Source: a virus (taxonomy: Duplodnaviria > Caudoviricetes). Taken from it: a stretch of 30,151 nt of DNA. The DNA is taken from the IMG/VR virus record IMGVR_UViG_3300042891_000530, positions 1 through 30,151 of that record. The stretch is one strand, 5' to 3'. The notes beneath the pieces were generated by a model. The model saw only the letters and a program-made list of their open reading frames with translations. It was not told where the DNA came from and did not search any database. The position numbers were made by a program, and so were the translations under genes. Every line of letters starts with the position of its first letter. Positions within the stretch are counted from its first letter, which is position 1. This document shows, piece by piece, positions 22,807 to 30,151 of this stretch.

Positions 22807-23994
22807 ATGGCTAACGTAGCAGGGTTCAACATCCCTACGCCGCAGGAAGTGCAGCAGCAGGTGCGCCAGCAGCGCATGCAGCAGTTTGCCAGCCAGCAGC
22901 CGCTTCTTATTCAGAACGCCATTCTGGGCAACGCCCTGGATTCGCTGTTCGGCAACCCAGAAGTGCGCCGTGCGCAGAAGACCCAGGACAACATTGCGCG
23001 AGCTATCGCGGAAGCGCCGGAAGGTGCCGACGAGCTAGAGTCCGAAATGCTGCGGCTTAAGAGCGTGCGCGACAGCGTCGAGGACTTGTCGCCTGACGTA
23101 GCCGACCAGGTTCGCCAGCGCCTCGTGCAGCTGGAAGCGCAGCGCGTCGAGCGCAACAAGCTGCTTGCTGAGGAAAGCCGAGCAGAGGCGACGTTCCAGA
23201 CTGACCAGGCTGCTCGCGGCGTTAAGCTTGCGCAGGACGTGAACGACAGTTCTACTTGGTTCAAGGGCTCGGCAAAGCGCGAAGTCCTAAAGACAGACAC
23301 GGAAACCCAGCAGCAGCTTGCAGCAGCCGGATGGACTAAGGATGACGCGTCTACGGAAGCGGAAGCCGGAGCCATCTACGGCACAACCAAGAAGGTTGCT
23401 CAGGACCTTGAGACTGCGCTTATCGGTGTTGACAGCAACATCGCTGCTATGGGCTCCGCTGCCAGCAACTATGACCCGTCGTTCTCGACTCTGCCTACGC
23501 AGGCGCTGCTGTTTGCATCGGGCAAGCTAGACCGCCTAGCCCCTGGCGTGCTAAACGAATCCCAGGTGCGAACACTGGGCAAGTACACGGCGTGGAAGCG
23601 AGACACCACAGCCCAGCTGAACGCGCTTATCAAGCAGATCACTGGTGCCGCGATGTCCAACGCGGAAGCTGCGCGAATCATGTCGACAGCGCCTACGGCT
23701 GACGACAGCCCGGTGCAGTATATCTCGAAGTCCCGCGCCGTGCTTAAGGACCTTCTAGGTGCGCGCAAGCGCGCTTCGTGGGTGCTTGGCAACGGCTTTG
23801 GCGACAAGATCGAGGGACGCGACAGCTGGGACAAGTTTAGCCTGGACCAGTTCGGCAACGTGTCAGAAGAAGAAGTCGACGCCGTCATGATGAATATGTA
23901 CGGAACGACAGGCCGTGACGGCCAGCCGGCACGCAGCCGGGTAGGCACGAAGCAGACAAAGAGTGGCGTGAAGTTCACCGTTGAAGGAGAGTAA
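22807..23994 (+). CDS. Internal virion / ejection protein
   Basis: Helical, with a TGAAMS..E motif; synteny. Confidence 0.65.
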   Translation: MANVAGFNIPTPQEVQQQVRQQRMQQFASQQPLLIQNAILGNALDSLFGNPEVRRAQKTQDNIARAIAEAPEGADELESEMLRLKSVRDSVEDLSPDVADQVRQRLVQLEAQRVERNKLLAEESRAEATFQTDQAARGVKLAQDVNDSSTWFKGSAKREVLKTDTETQQQLAAAGWTKDDASTEAEAGAIYGTTKKVAQDLETALIGVDSNIAAMGSAASNYDPSFSTLPTQALLFASGKLDRLAPGVLNESQVRTLGKYTAWKRDTTAQLNALIKQITGAAMSNAEAARIMSTAPTADDSPVQYISKSRAVLKDLLGARKRASWVLGNGFGDKIEGRDSWDKFSLDQFGNVSEEEVDAVMMNMYGTTGRDGQPARSRVGTKQTKSGVKFTVEGE

Positions 23995-23997
23995 CGG

Positions 23998-26064
23998 GTG
24001 CCGACTATCACAGTACAGACAGCGCAGGGGCCTAAGCGCGTAACCGTCGACGACGGTGCAACGCAGGCGCAGATTGAGGAAGTCGCGGACATGGTAGCCG
24101 AGCAGTACGCTCGTCGTGAGCCAGCGCGTCCTCAAGAGCCCGTGGTAGGTGGTGCTGGCGAAATGACCGGCACTATCGACATGGACACAGCCCGTGGCAT
24201 TGCGGCTGGTGCCGGAGAAGCCTTGCAGCGAGGAATCGGCGCTGCCAAGCAAGCAGCCGGCAACTTTGCTGACGTGTTCACAGAGTTCGTCTACGGCACG
24301 CCGGCCGTGAATAGCCCGCGCACGCCTGTCGACCCGGCCAACAGCCGAGGTCGCCGTGCCACTATTGCGGAGCTAGAGCGCCGCACTGTAGCTAAGGAGC
24401 TTGCTGCCCAGGCTGGCGTACCTACCAAGCTGCGCGACGGCGCTGCGGCTGTGTTCAGCGCTGCCCCATGGGCGGCGGCTGGCCTTGTGGGGCCTATGGC
24501 TCGCGCCGAGACTATGGGCGGTGCCGTCCTTAAGAACTCCGTGCTAGCTGCGGGCGAAGCCTCGCTGCAGTTTGACGCTGACGGTTCGCGTCTAGACGAC
24601 GTGCTGGGAGCCACTGGCCTGACGGCTGGTGTTACTGCGGCGTCGGCCGCGCTGCCGGCCGGAGCCAACAAGGTAGTTCAGAGCGTCAAGACGATCACAG
24701 AAGGATCGCGTGCGGAAGCCGCGTACCAGCAGGCTGTGGCGGAGATTGGCCCGTTCTTCGTGTCCCTTGGACAGCGCACTGGCATCCCGTTCATTCGCGC
24801 CCTGGAGTCGCAGGGCTTCGACTCACAGCTACAGGAATTCTACGCCAAGCAGGCCGAAGGCATCGTAACGCGAACAGCGGAGCTTCTTAGACAGCCTGCG
24901 CTATCACCGTCGTCCAGCCTGGACGGTGCGTTCCTTGCTGCCCGCAGCAAGATGGAAGGCAACATTTCCGGTCTGCGCCAGGCGCGTAACCAGATATGGG
25001 TCGATGGTGCTAACCAGCTTAAGCTAAAGGCCGGGCAGGGCACAGGGTACAACCTGCTGCCTGCCGGCAACTTCCGCAGAACCGCAGCTGCCATCATCAG
25101 CGATGCGCGTAACCCTCTGCGCAACATCACTAGAGACATCCTGCCTCGCCGCGTAGCGGCTACGCTGGAGGGCGTAACTGGTAAGGCCGGCCCTATGCGC
25201 GTTACGGACGCGGCTGACTTGCTAATCGGCATCAACAAGCTGACAGGCAGCGGCGACCCGCAGCAGGTAGCCCTAGGTAGCCGTCTCAAGGACGCGATCT
25301 ACAAGGACCTGGAAGCGGTCGATCCTCAGATGTACTCTAAGGAAGCTGCCGACGCTGTTCTCAAGATGCGCGACGACTACGCTCGCGGAAGCGCGCTAAT
25401 CGTAGGCCTGCAGGACTCTGTCACTTACCGCATGCTGGGCTTGTCGCCTACGGTAGACGCGGCTCCTGTAGAGCCGCAGGCCATGCTTGACGCGTTTGCT
25501 GGCCTGGAGCCAGTGCGCCAGAACGAAGTGCGCAAGTGGATGGTACGCAATTCGCCAGAAACCCTGCTGCAGATGCGGCAGAGCCTGGTAGACTCGGCTG
25601 TGCGCCGCGCAGGCACGATTGGCCCAGCGTCCGAAGCGCAGATCGACTTGGAGAAGTTTGCCAACGCGCTGACCGCGCCGAAGGAAGGCAACGCCATCCG
25701 AGGGCTTAACCTGTTCACTCCTGGTGAGCAGAACCGCTTGAATGGCATTAAGCGTGCTCTGACGATCCTAAAGAACGTGGCCGAGCCTAACGCCGGAAAG
25801 GCGCGAGCGCCGGTCGGGCTGGACGACGTGGCTGGTGTGGCCGTGTCCCTGAGCCCTACGTTCTTCGCTCGCAACATCGGGCGTATTCTAACTGGCAACA
25901 AGAGCAGCGAGTTCTTGACTGACCCAGAAGCCTACGCCAAGCTGACTACGTACGTCAACACCCGCGCAGGTACGTTTAGCCGCCTGGAGCAGGACGGTGC
26001 TCGTCTTGCCCTTGCGGAGTACCTCCAGGATAATTACCCACCCGACGAGGAAACGCCGAAGTGA
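23998..26064 (+). CDS. Large internal virion / DNA transfer protein
   Basis: GAAGGAG RBS with GTG start; 688 aa, Ala-rich and helical, with hydrophobic segments. Confidence 0.65.
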   Translation: MPTITVQTAQGPKRVTVDDGATQAQIEEVADMVAEQYARREPARPQEPVVGGAGEMTGTIDMDTARGIAAGAGEALQRGIGAAKQAAGNFADVFTEFVYGTPAVNSPRTPVDPANSRGRRATIAELERRTVAKELAAQAGVPTKLRDGAAAVFSAAPWAAAGLVGPMARAETMGGAVLKNSVLAAGEASLQFDADGSRLDDVLGATGLTAGVTAASAALPAGANKVVQSVKTITEGSRAEAAYQQAVAEIGPFFVSLGQRTGIPFIRALESQGFDSQLQEFYAKQAEGIVTRTAELLRQPALSPSSSLDGAFLAARSKMEGNISGLRQARNQIWVDGANQLKLKAGQGTGYNLLPAGNFRRTAAAIISDARNPLRNITRDILPRRVAATLEGVTGKAGPMRVTDAADLLIGINKLTGSGDPQQVALGSRLKDAIYKDLEAVDPQMYSKEAADAVLKMRDDYARGSALIVGLQDSVTYRMLGLSPTVDAAPVEPQAMLDAFAGLEPVRQNEVRKWMVRNSPETLLQMRQSLVDSAVRRAGTIGPASEAQIDLEKFANALTAPKEGNAIRGLNLFTPGEQNRLNGIKRALTILKNVAEPNAGKARAPVGLDDVAGVAVSLSPTFFARNIGRILTGNKSSEFLTDPEAYAKLTTYVNTRAGTFSRLEQDGARLALAEYLQDNYPPDEETPK

Positions 26065-26507
26065 TTAACAACCTCCGAAAGCTATTGACGTTGCACGAGG
26101 GCCGTGTGGAACACGCGTACCAGGACAGCCTGGGCTGGTGGACCATCGGCATCGGCCACCTGATTGATAAGCGCAAGGGCGGTAAGCTGCCGGCGCACAT
26201 CATTGACGCGCTGTTCGAGTACGACCTACTCGTACACGAGCGGGCGCTTGTGCAGGCCATTCCGTGGGTAGCGCAGCTGGACCAGGTGCGTCACGCCGTC
26301 ATGGTAGACATGACGTTCAACCTGGGCATCGAGCCGTTTGACGGTGACGGCTTCAAGGACTGGCCTATCTTCGTGAACCAGGTGAAGACCGGCCAGTACA
26401 CCGCAGCTGCGGCCAACATGCGCAAGACTTTGTGGGCAAGGCAGGTAGGCAGACGCGCCACGCGCCTTGCTCTTATGATGGAAACCGGCCAGTGGCCGAA
26501 GGACTAG
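26061..26507 (+). CDS. Endolysin, T4-type (GH24) lysozyme
   Basis: HEG.....YQDSLG.WTIGIGH (E-D-T triad), M.FNLG and WARQV..RA. Confidence 0.92.
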   Translation: MINNLRKLLTLHEGRVEHAYQDSLGWWTIGIGHLIDKRKGGKLPAHIIDALFEYDLLVHERALVQAIPWVAQLDQVRHAVMVDMTFNLGIEPFDGDGFKDWPIFVNQVKTGQYTAAAANMRKTLWARQVGRRATRLALMMETGQWPKD

Positions 26508-26516
26508 GAGAGATAC

Positions 26517-26828
26517 ATGCCTGCAAATCCACAGAACCTAACATGGCGTCAGCCGGTAGACAACGTCGACGGCACGCCGTTTACACAGGCGCAGTTCGGC
26601 GGCTACGAGCTAGAGGTTAACGGCGCTGGTGCCGTAGCTATCCCTGCCGCGTGGGACGAAGACCGCCAGTACACGTTCCCTATCGCGTCACTTGGCCTTG
26701 CGCCAGGTACGTACACCCTGCGGCTGCGCACGGTTAACAGCGACGACTACGCGTCCGATTGGAGCAACCCGGCTACGCTGGTGCTTGGTCGTGTGCCGAA
26801 CCGCCCTTTGGACCTTTCGGTCGCCTAA
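26517..26828 (+). CDS. Stand-alone fibronectin type III-like protein
   Basis: LTW..P..N.DGT, GYEL, L.PGTY...LR.VN...S.WSN pattern; AGGAG RBS. Confidence 0.7.
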   Translation: MPANPQNLTWRQPVDNVDGTPFTQAQFGGYELEVNGAGAVAIPAAWDEDRQYTFPIASLGLAPGTYTLRLRTVNSDDYASDWSNPATLVLGRVPNRPLDLSVA

Positions 26829-26852
26829 TCGCGGCCATCAAGGAGTGGATCA

Positions 26853-27254
26853 ATGGGCTTCTTCAAAGACTTGGTAGCAGGGGCAGCTAAGCCTGTCTCG
26901 GACTACTTCATTCGCAGACAGGAAATCAAGGCACAGGACCGCCAGCAGGAGCGTGCCATCAAGGCCGCGCAGGTTGAGCGACAGATCGAGCTAATCAAGG
27001 AAGGTCTGCACGCAGACGCTACCTGGGAGCTAGAGAGCCTAAAGGCGCATTCTGGAGGATGGAAGGACGAGTTTGTCCTTATCATGTTCTCGACGCCGTT
27101 CGTGCTGTGCTTCGTGCCGCAGGCGGCACCATACGTGGCTGCGGGCTTCGACGCCCTAGCCAAGACGCCGACGTGGTACGTCATCGGCTCTATGTCGGTG
27201 TTCATGGCGACGTACGGCATCAGATGGTGGCGCAGAACGCAGTCGGACACCTAG
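26853..27254 (+). CDS. Holin (3TM/GTA-holin-like)
   Basis: WKDEF.LI...P.VL.F.P, GF.AL..P.WY and YGIR motifs; two hydrophobic segments; next to the endolysin. Confidence 0.7.
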   Translation: MGFFKDLVAGAAKPVSDYFIRRQEIKAQDRQQERAIKAAQVERQIELIKEGLHADATWELESLKAHSGGWKDEFVLIMFSTPFVLCFVPQAAPYVAAGFDALAKTPTWYVIGSMSVFMATYGIRWWRRTQSDT

Positions 27255-27258
27255 CCTC

Positions 27259-27786
27259 GTGCTAGACCGGCTGATTGACTTTGTCCTTGGCGTTCTGGAC
27301 CTGTTCCGTTTTTGGGAAGTCATTGACCACTACGAGCAGGGGGTCGTGCTGCGACTAGGCAGGTTCGACCGCACCATCACGCCAGGCTTCCACTGGATAC
27401 TGCCGTTCGGCATCGACTCGGTCTTGACGGACAACGTGGTGCCGCGCACAGTCAAGCTGGATGCGCAATCGCTGACAACCAAGGACGAGCGCAACGTCGT
27501 GGTGTCAGGAGTCATCACTGCGCGCATCAGCGACATCGAAAAGGCGCTGCTGAACGTCGAGGGCGTGGACCATGCGCTGCGCGACTCGACTTACGCAGCT
27601 ATCGCGTCTGGCGTGGCTACAGCCAGCTACTCGTCGCTGCACACGGACGAGTTCATGGACAGCCTGACTAAGGTTGCGCGCAAGCAGGCCTGGCGCTACG
27701 GCGTAGAGATTCTGCGCGTGCAGCTGGTTGACGTGAGCCTGTGTCGGTCGCTGCGCCTGTGGAACAGCGGTGGCGGAATAACCTAG
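27259..27786 (+). CDS. SPFH/Band-7 (stomatin-like) domain protein
   Basis: YEQGVVLRLGRF....PG.H...PF.ID, Q...TKD...V and YGVEI.RV motifs. Confidence 0.85.
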   Translation: MLDRLIDFVLGVLDLFRFWEVIDHYEQGVVLRLGRFDRTITPGFHWILPFGIDSVLTDNVVPRTVKLDAQSLTTKDERNVVVSGVITARISDIEKALLNVEGVDHALRDSTYAAIASGVATASYSSLHTDEFMDSLTKVARKQAWRYGVEILRVQLVDVSLCRSLRLWNSGGGIT

Positions 27787-27810
27787 AAGTGGCTTGACAC
27801 CAAAGCCTAG

Positions 27811-27838
27811 AAAAGAAAAGGCCCGCACTAGGCGGGCC
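27811..27838 (-). terminator. Rho-independent terminator of the leftward unit
   Basis: GGCCCGC-ACTAG-GCGGGCC preceded by AAAAGAAAA on the plus strand. Confidence 0.75.
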
Positions 27839-27876
27839 ATGTCTCTCCCCGACTCACAGCGGCTACTGTGAGATTC

Positions 27877-27914
27877 AGCCCTTGCCGTGGGTAACTCTGC
27901 GGCAGGGGCTTTTT
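27877..27914 (+). terminator. Rho-independent terminator of the late operon
   Basis: AGCCCTTGCCG...CGGCAGGGGCT followed by TTTT. Confidence 0.78.
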
Positions 27915-27919
27915 ATTGC

Positions 27920-28438
27920 CTACGCCTCCGCCATAGCAGCCGCCATGGCTTCCCACTTAACCAGCTTACGCTCGCACGTCTGGCGCTTCGCCGCAGCGTC
28001 ACTGGCTACCGCAGACCAGTGGTCGAACTCCTTGCGCAGCAGCGCAATCTGGGCATTGACGTGCTCGTCAGGGTCCTGCGTCATGTACGCCTCGCCTCGG
28101 TGCTCGTACTGCGCCGGAGTATCTATGGCGCGCTCAGGCGCGTACACTGCGGCCGTGTTCGCTGCTGCAGCCCGCTCCTCCGCCATACGCTCGATAGCGG
28201 CGCGCTTGGTGCGCAGCTGCTTGTCTTCGACGTTCGCAACGTGTGCATCACGGCACGCAGCAGTCCAGGCCATCATGCCCTTCTGCAGATCGAGCACCTG
28301 CGGTGCGTAGTCCGACACTACGGTCTTGTCATCATGCGGCAGGGCGTACACGAAGCGGAAGCCCTTGCCGGTCACAGACTCAACCTTCGTGTTCTCGATG
28401 ATGTGCTTGTCGGTGATGTCGCTGGATTCGATTGCCAT
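27920..28438 (-). CDS. Hypothetical protein
   Basis: TAATG coupling with the upstream gene; coiled-coil C-terminus. Confidence 0.7.
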   Translation of the reverse strand: MAIESSDITDKHIIENTKVESVTGKGFRFVYALPHDDKTVVSDYAPQVLDLQKGMMAWTAACRDAHVANVEDKQLRTKRAAIERMAEERAAAANTAAVYAPERAIDTPAQYEHRGEAYMTQDPDEHVNAQIALLRKEFDHWSAVASDAAAKRQTCERKLVKWEAMAAAMAEA

Positions 28439-29202
28439 TAGCCGTACTTCCTTCTCATGTAGTCGATAGACAAAGGCATGACGTCGTAGTTGCCGTCCTG
28501 AACCTCGTTCAGCACGACGATGCCTCGCCAGTGACCGTTACCCTGGGCTCCCTTGTACGCCTCATCGTGCAGATAGTAGCTCCCGGCCACGAGGCCATGC
28601 TTAACCTTGCCGGTAGGAAACGTGCGGTTACCGTATAGGAATCCCTGCTCGTGACCTTGCACGAAAGACTCTCCAATCCGGTTGAGCCGGTTGTCGATAC
28701 TTCCACCAATGCCCTTGCTGCTGTTGACGTTCTGAAAGTAATGAGAGTACCGTATTCCATCAATCTGCACTACCTTCAAGAACTCATGGACTTCCCAGTC
28801 CCGCGTGTCGCACTGGTGCGAGCCTAGCACGCCCTGTAGCTTAGGAGACTGCGCCGCAACTCGGTCGGGCCGAGTTTCGTGATTACCCTTAAGGAAGACC
28901 TTGCGCGGCTTCCAGCCCTTCTTCTTGTTACGGGCAAGTCGCGCTTCCTCGGCCTCCATAGGGGCAGACAGTTGGGCAAAGCCGACGTCTCCTGCCAGCA
29001 GATCGTCTTCGTACCGCTGCGTCTCCAGTTCCAGCGAGCCCGGAGCGCTGTGCGAACTCATGCTAGGGAAGTCCCAGTGGTCGCCCAGATGGATGACCAC
29101 GTCCGGCTTGTAGTCAACTATAGCGTAAGCGGCCCAGGTGAGATGGTCCGAGCTTACTCCCGGCCGAATCTGCGTGTCCGGAATGATTAGATGTCTGCGC
29201 AC
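28438..29202 (-). CDS. Calcineurin-like metallophosphoesterase
   Basis: IPDTQ, HLGDHWD, GNHE and QGH motifs; AAGGGAG RBS with GTG start. Confidence 0.85.
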   Translation of the reverse strand: MRRHLIIPDTQIRPGVSSDHLTWAAYAIVDYKPDVVIHLGDHWDFPSMSSHSAPGSLELETQRYEDDLLAGDVGFAQLSAPMEAEEARLARNKKKGWKPRKVFLKGNHETRPDRVAAQSPKLQGVLGSHQCDTRDWEVHEFLKVVQIDGIRYSHYFQNVNSSKGIGGSIDNRLNRIGESFVQGHEQGFLYGNRTFPTGKVKHGLVAGSYYLHDEAYKGAQGNGHWRGIVVLNEVQDGNYDVMPLSIDYMRRKYG

Positions 29203-29617
29203 TCGGGTCTCCCTTAGTGGTGCTGCATGCTACAGGTACGGCGGCGGGCCACCAGGCTAGCCAGTAGGCGGGGTTACCAGTTAGCTGCGGGCTTGGCGTT
29301 TGTGGAGTAGGCGACCTTTCCTGCTCGATCAGCAGCTGCAGTTCCGCCTGCAGTCGCCAGATGGCTTTAGCCAGATGGTACATGCCGTCCGTGTCCTTGT
29401 GGACACCGCGAGCGTAGTCCCACTGGTGCCGGAAAGCCGTGTCCATCTGGTTCATGGACTTGCCGCGAGCCCAGTGCAGCTTCTCGCCTGGGTTATGCTG
29501 CTCGTTGCCGGCTACGGCTACCTTGACCACTTCCTCGAACGCATCAGGGAAGTACTCGGTCAAGAACGTCCACATCTGCATGCGCTTGCGTTCGGTGTCA
29601 TCGGTCGGCAGACTCAT
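29114..29617 (-). CDS. DUF5664-like (dATP/dGTP diphosphohydrolase-associated) protein
   Basis: YFPDA..EV.KV...GN.QHNPG..LHW.RGKS......RH.......D.DG.YHLA...WR pattern. Confidence 0.72.
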   Translation of the reverse strand: MSLPTDDTERKRMQMWTFLTEYFPDAFEEVVKVAVAGNEQHNPGEKLHWARGKSMNQMDTAFRHQWDYARGVHKDTDGMYHLAKAIWRLQAELQLLIEQERSPTPQTPSPQLTGNPAYWLAWWPAAVPVACSTTKGDPSAQTSNHSGHADSAGSKLGPSHLGRLRYS

Positions 29618-29865
29618 TCCTTTTCCGCCTTGCGGTACGCCGCCAGCACGTCCTGCACCAGAGGCACGATGCCCGCCGAGCGGCGGTGCTTAAGCCAGCC
29701 AGTGGCCGTGCTCGGCTCCAGCGTGGCCGCGTCGTACTCCACAGCAGCCCACTTGTAGTCGCACGTATCGTGCGGCAAGCCCTCGACAGAGTCCGTGTAG
29801 CCCATGTTCTGGCCCACAACGGACACGATGACAGCCCCGTTGATCTTGACTTCGACGCTAAACAT
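29614..29865 (-). CDS. Hypothetical protein (start re-assigned to MFSVEV)
   Basis: GGAGGG RBS; ATGA overlap with the downstream gene. Confidence 0.65.
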   Translation of the reverse strand: MFSVEVKINGAVIVSVVGQNMGYTDSVEGLPHDTCDYKWAAVEYDAATLEPSTATGWLKHRRSAGIVPLVQDVLAAYRKAEKE

Positions 29866-30079
29866 CGCGGTTACCCTCCAGTGCATAGCCCGCACGAACG
29901 TAGATCGTGTTCTCCGTCTCGATACGTCCGTCACCATCCCACGACAGCACCTTGGACGTAATCACTTCCTGGGCGTTGCTCACCAAGCCCGCAGGATTGG
30001 GGTGATTGGTAGGCACCAGCAACGCGTGGCCCACGAACCGCGTGGCCTCGCCTACGTATTCGACAATTGGCTTGTTCAT
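29858..30079 (-). CDS. Hypothetical protein (start MNKPIV; conserved-looking TS.V......IETENTIY)
   Basis: ATGA overlap with the upstream ORF. Confidence 0.65.
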   Translation of the reverse strand: MNKPIVEYVGEATRFVGHALLVPTNHPNPAGLVSNAQEVITSKVLSWDGDGRIETENTIYVRAGYALEGNRDV

Positions 30080-30151
30080 AGCTGCACCGTCATGAACGCG
30101 TCCTGAACTCGAACGCGGTGGGTCTTGCCGAAGCCGCACTCGACCCGATTC
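30076..30151 (-). CDS. 3' end of a gene entering from the right edge
   Basis: Open frame NRVECGFGKTHRVRVQDAFMTVQL ending in TGA overlapping the next ATG. Confidence 0.4.
   Translation of the reverse strand, partial: NRVECGFGKTHRVRVQDAFMTVQL

Noticed and set aside
10286-25901. Numerous long antisense and alternative-frame ORFs over structural genes
   Set aside because: Shadow ORFs expected from GC-rich codon bias opposite well-supported genes.
27794-27825. TTGACA promoter after SPFH
   Set aside because: No -10 element at 16-18 bp spacing.

Overview
This window is part of a podovirus-type (short-tailed, Caudoviricetes) phage genome with LUZ24/PaP3-like two-unit architecture. From 1 to 2648 (- strand) lies the start of an early/metabolic unit: two small ORFs, a COOH-NH2 ligase (amidoligase) and a class II glutamine amidotransferase. 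From about 2690 to 3640 is a divergent non-coding region, probably at or near the physical genome end. It is tiled with host-protein recognition motifs: 5 sigma54 -24/-12 elements, 3 NtrC boxes, about 5 XerD-arm half-sites, an IHF match and tandem sigma70-like promoters. From 4172 to 6880 (+) a strong sigma70 promoter drives 27 CCA-encoding tRNA genes that cover all 20 amino acids. Many have remodelled elbows (A18/G55 covariation) and D-arms, and several CCA-terminated non-tRNA structured RNAs are interspersed. From 6898 to 27786 (+) is the late operon: accessory structural genes, TerS, TerL, portal, scaffold, major capsid, Gly-rich fibre, tail proteins, a 2OG-Fe(II) oxygenase plus GNAT, three ejection-type proteins, endolysin, an Fn3-like protein, holin and SPFH. 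Convergent terminators sit at about 27810-27915, followed by the end of the - strand unit (metallophosphoesterase, DUF5664-like). All calls were made by eye from motifs and synteny; no database searches were run.
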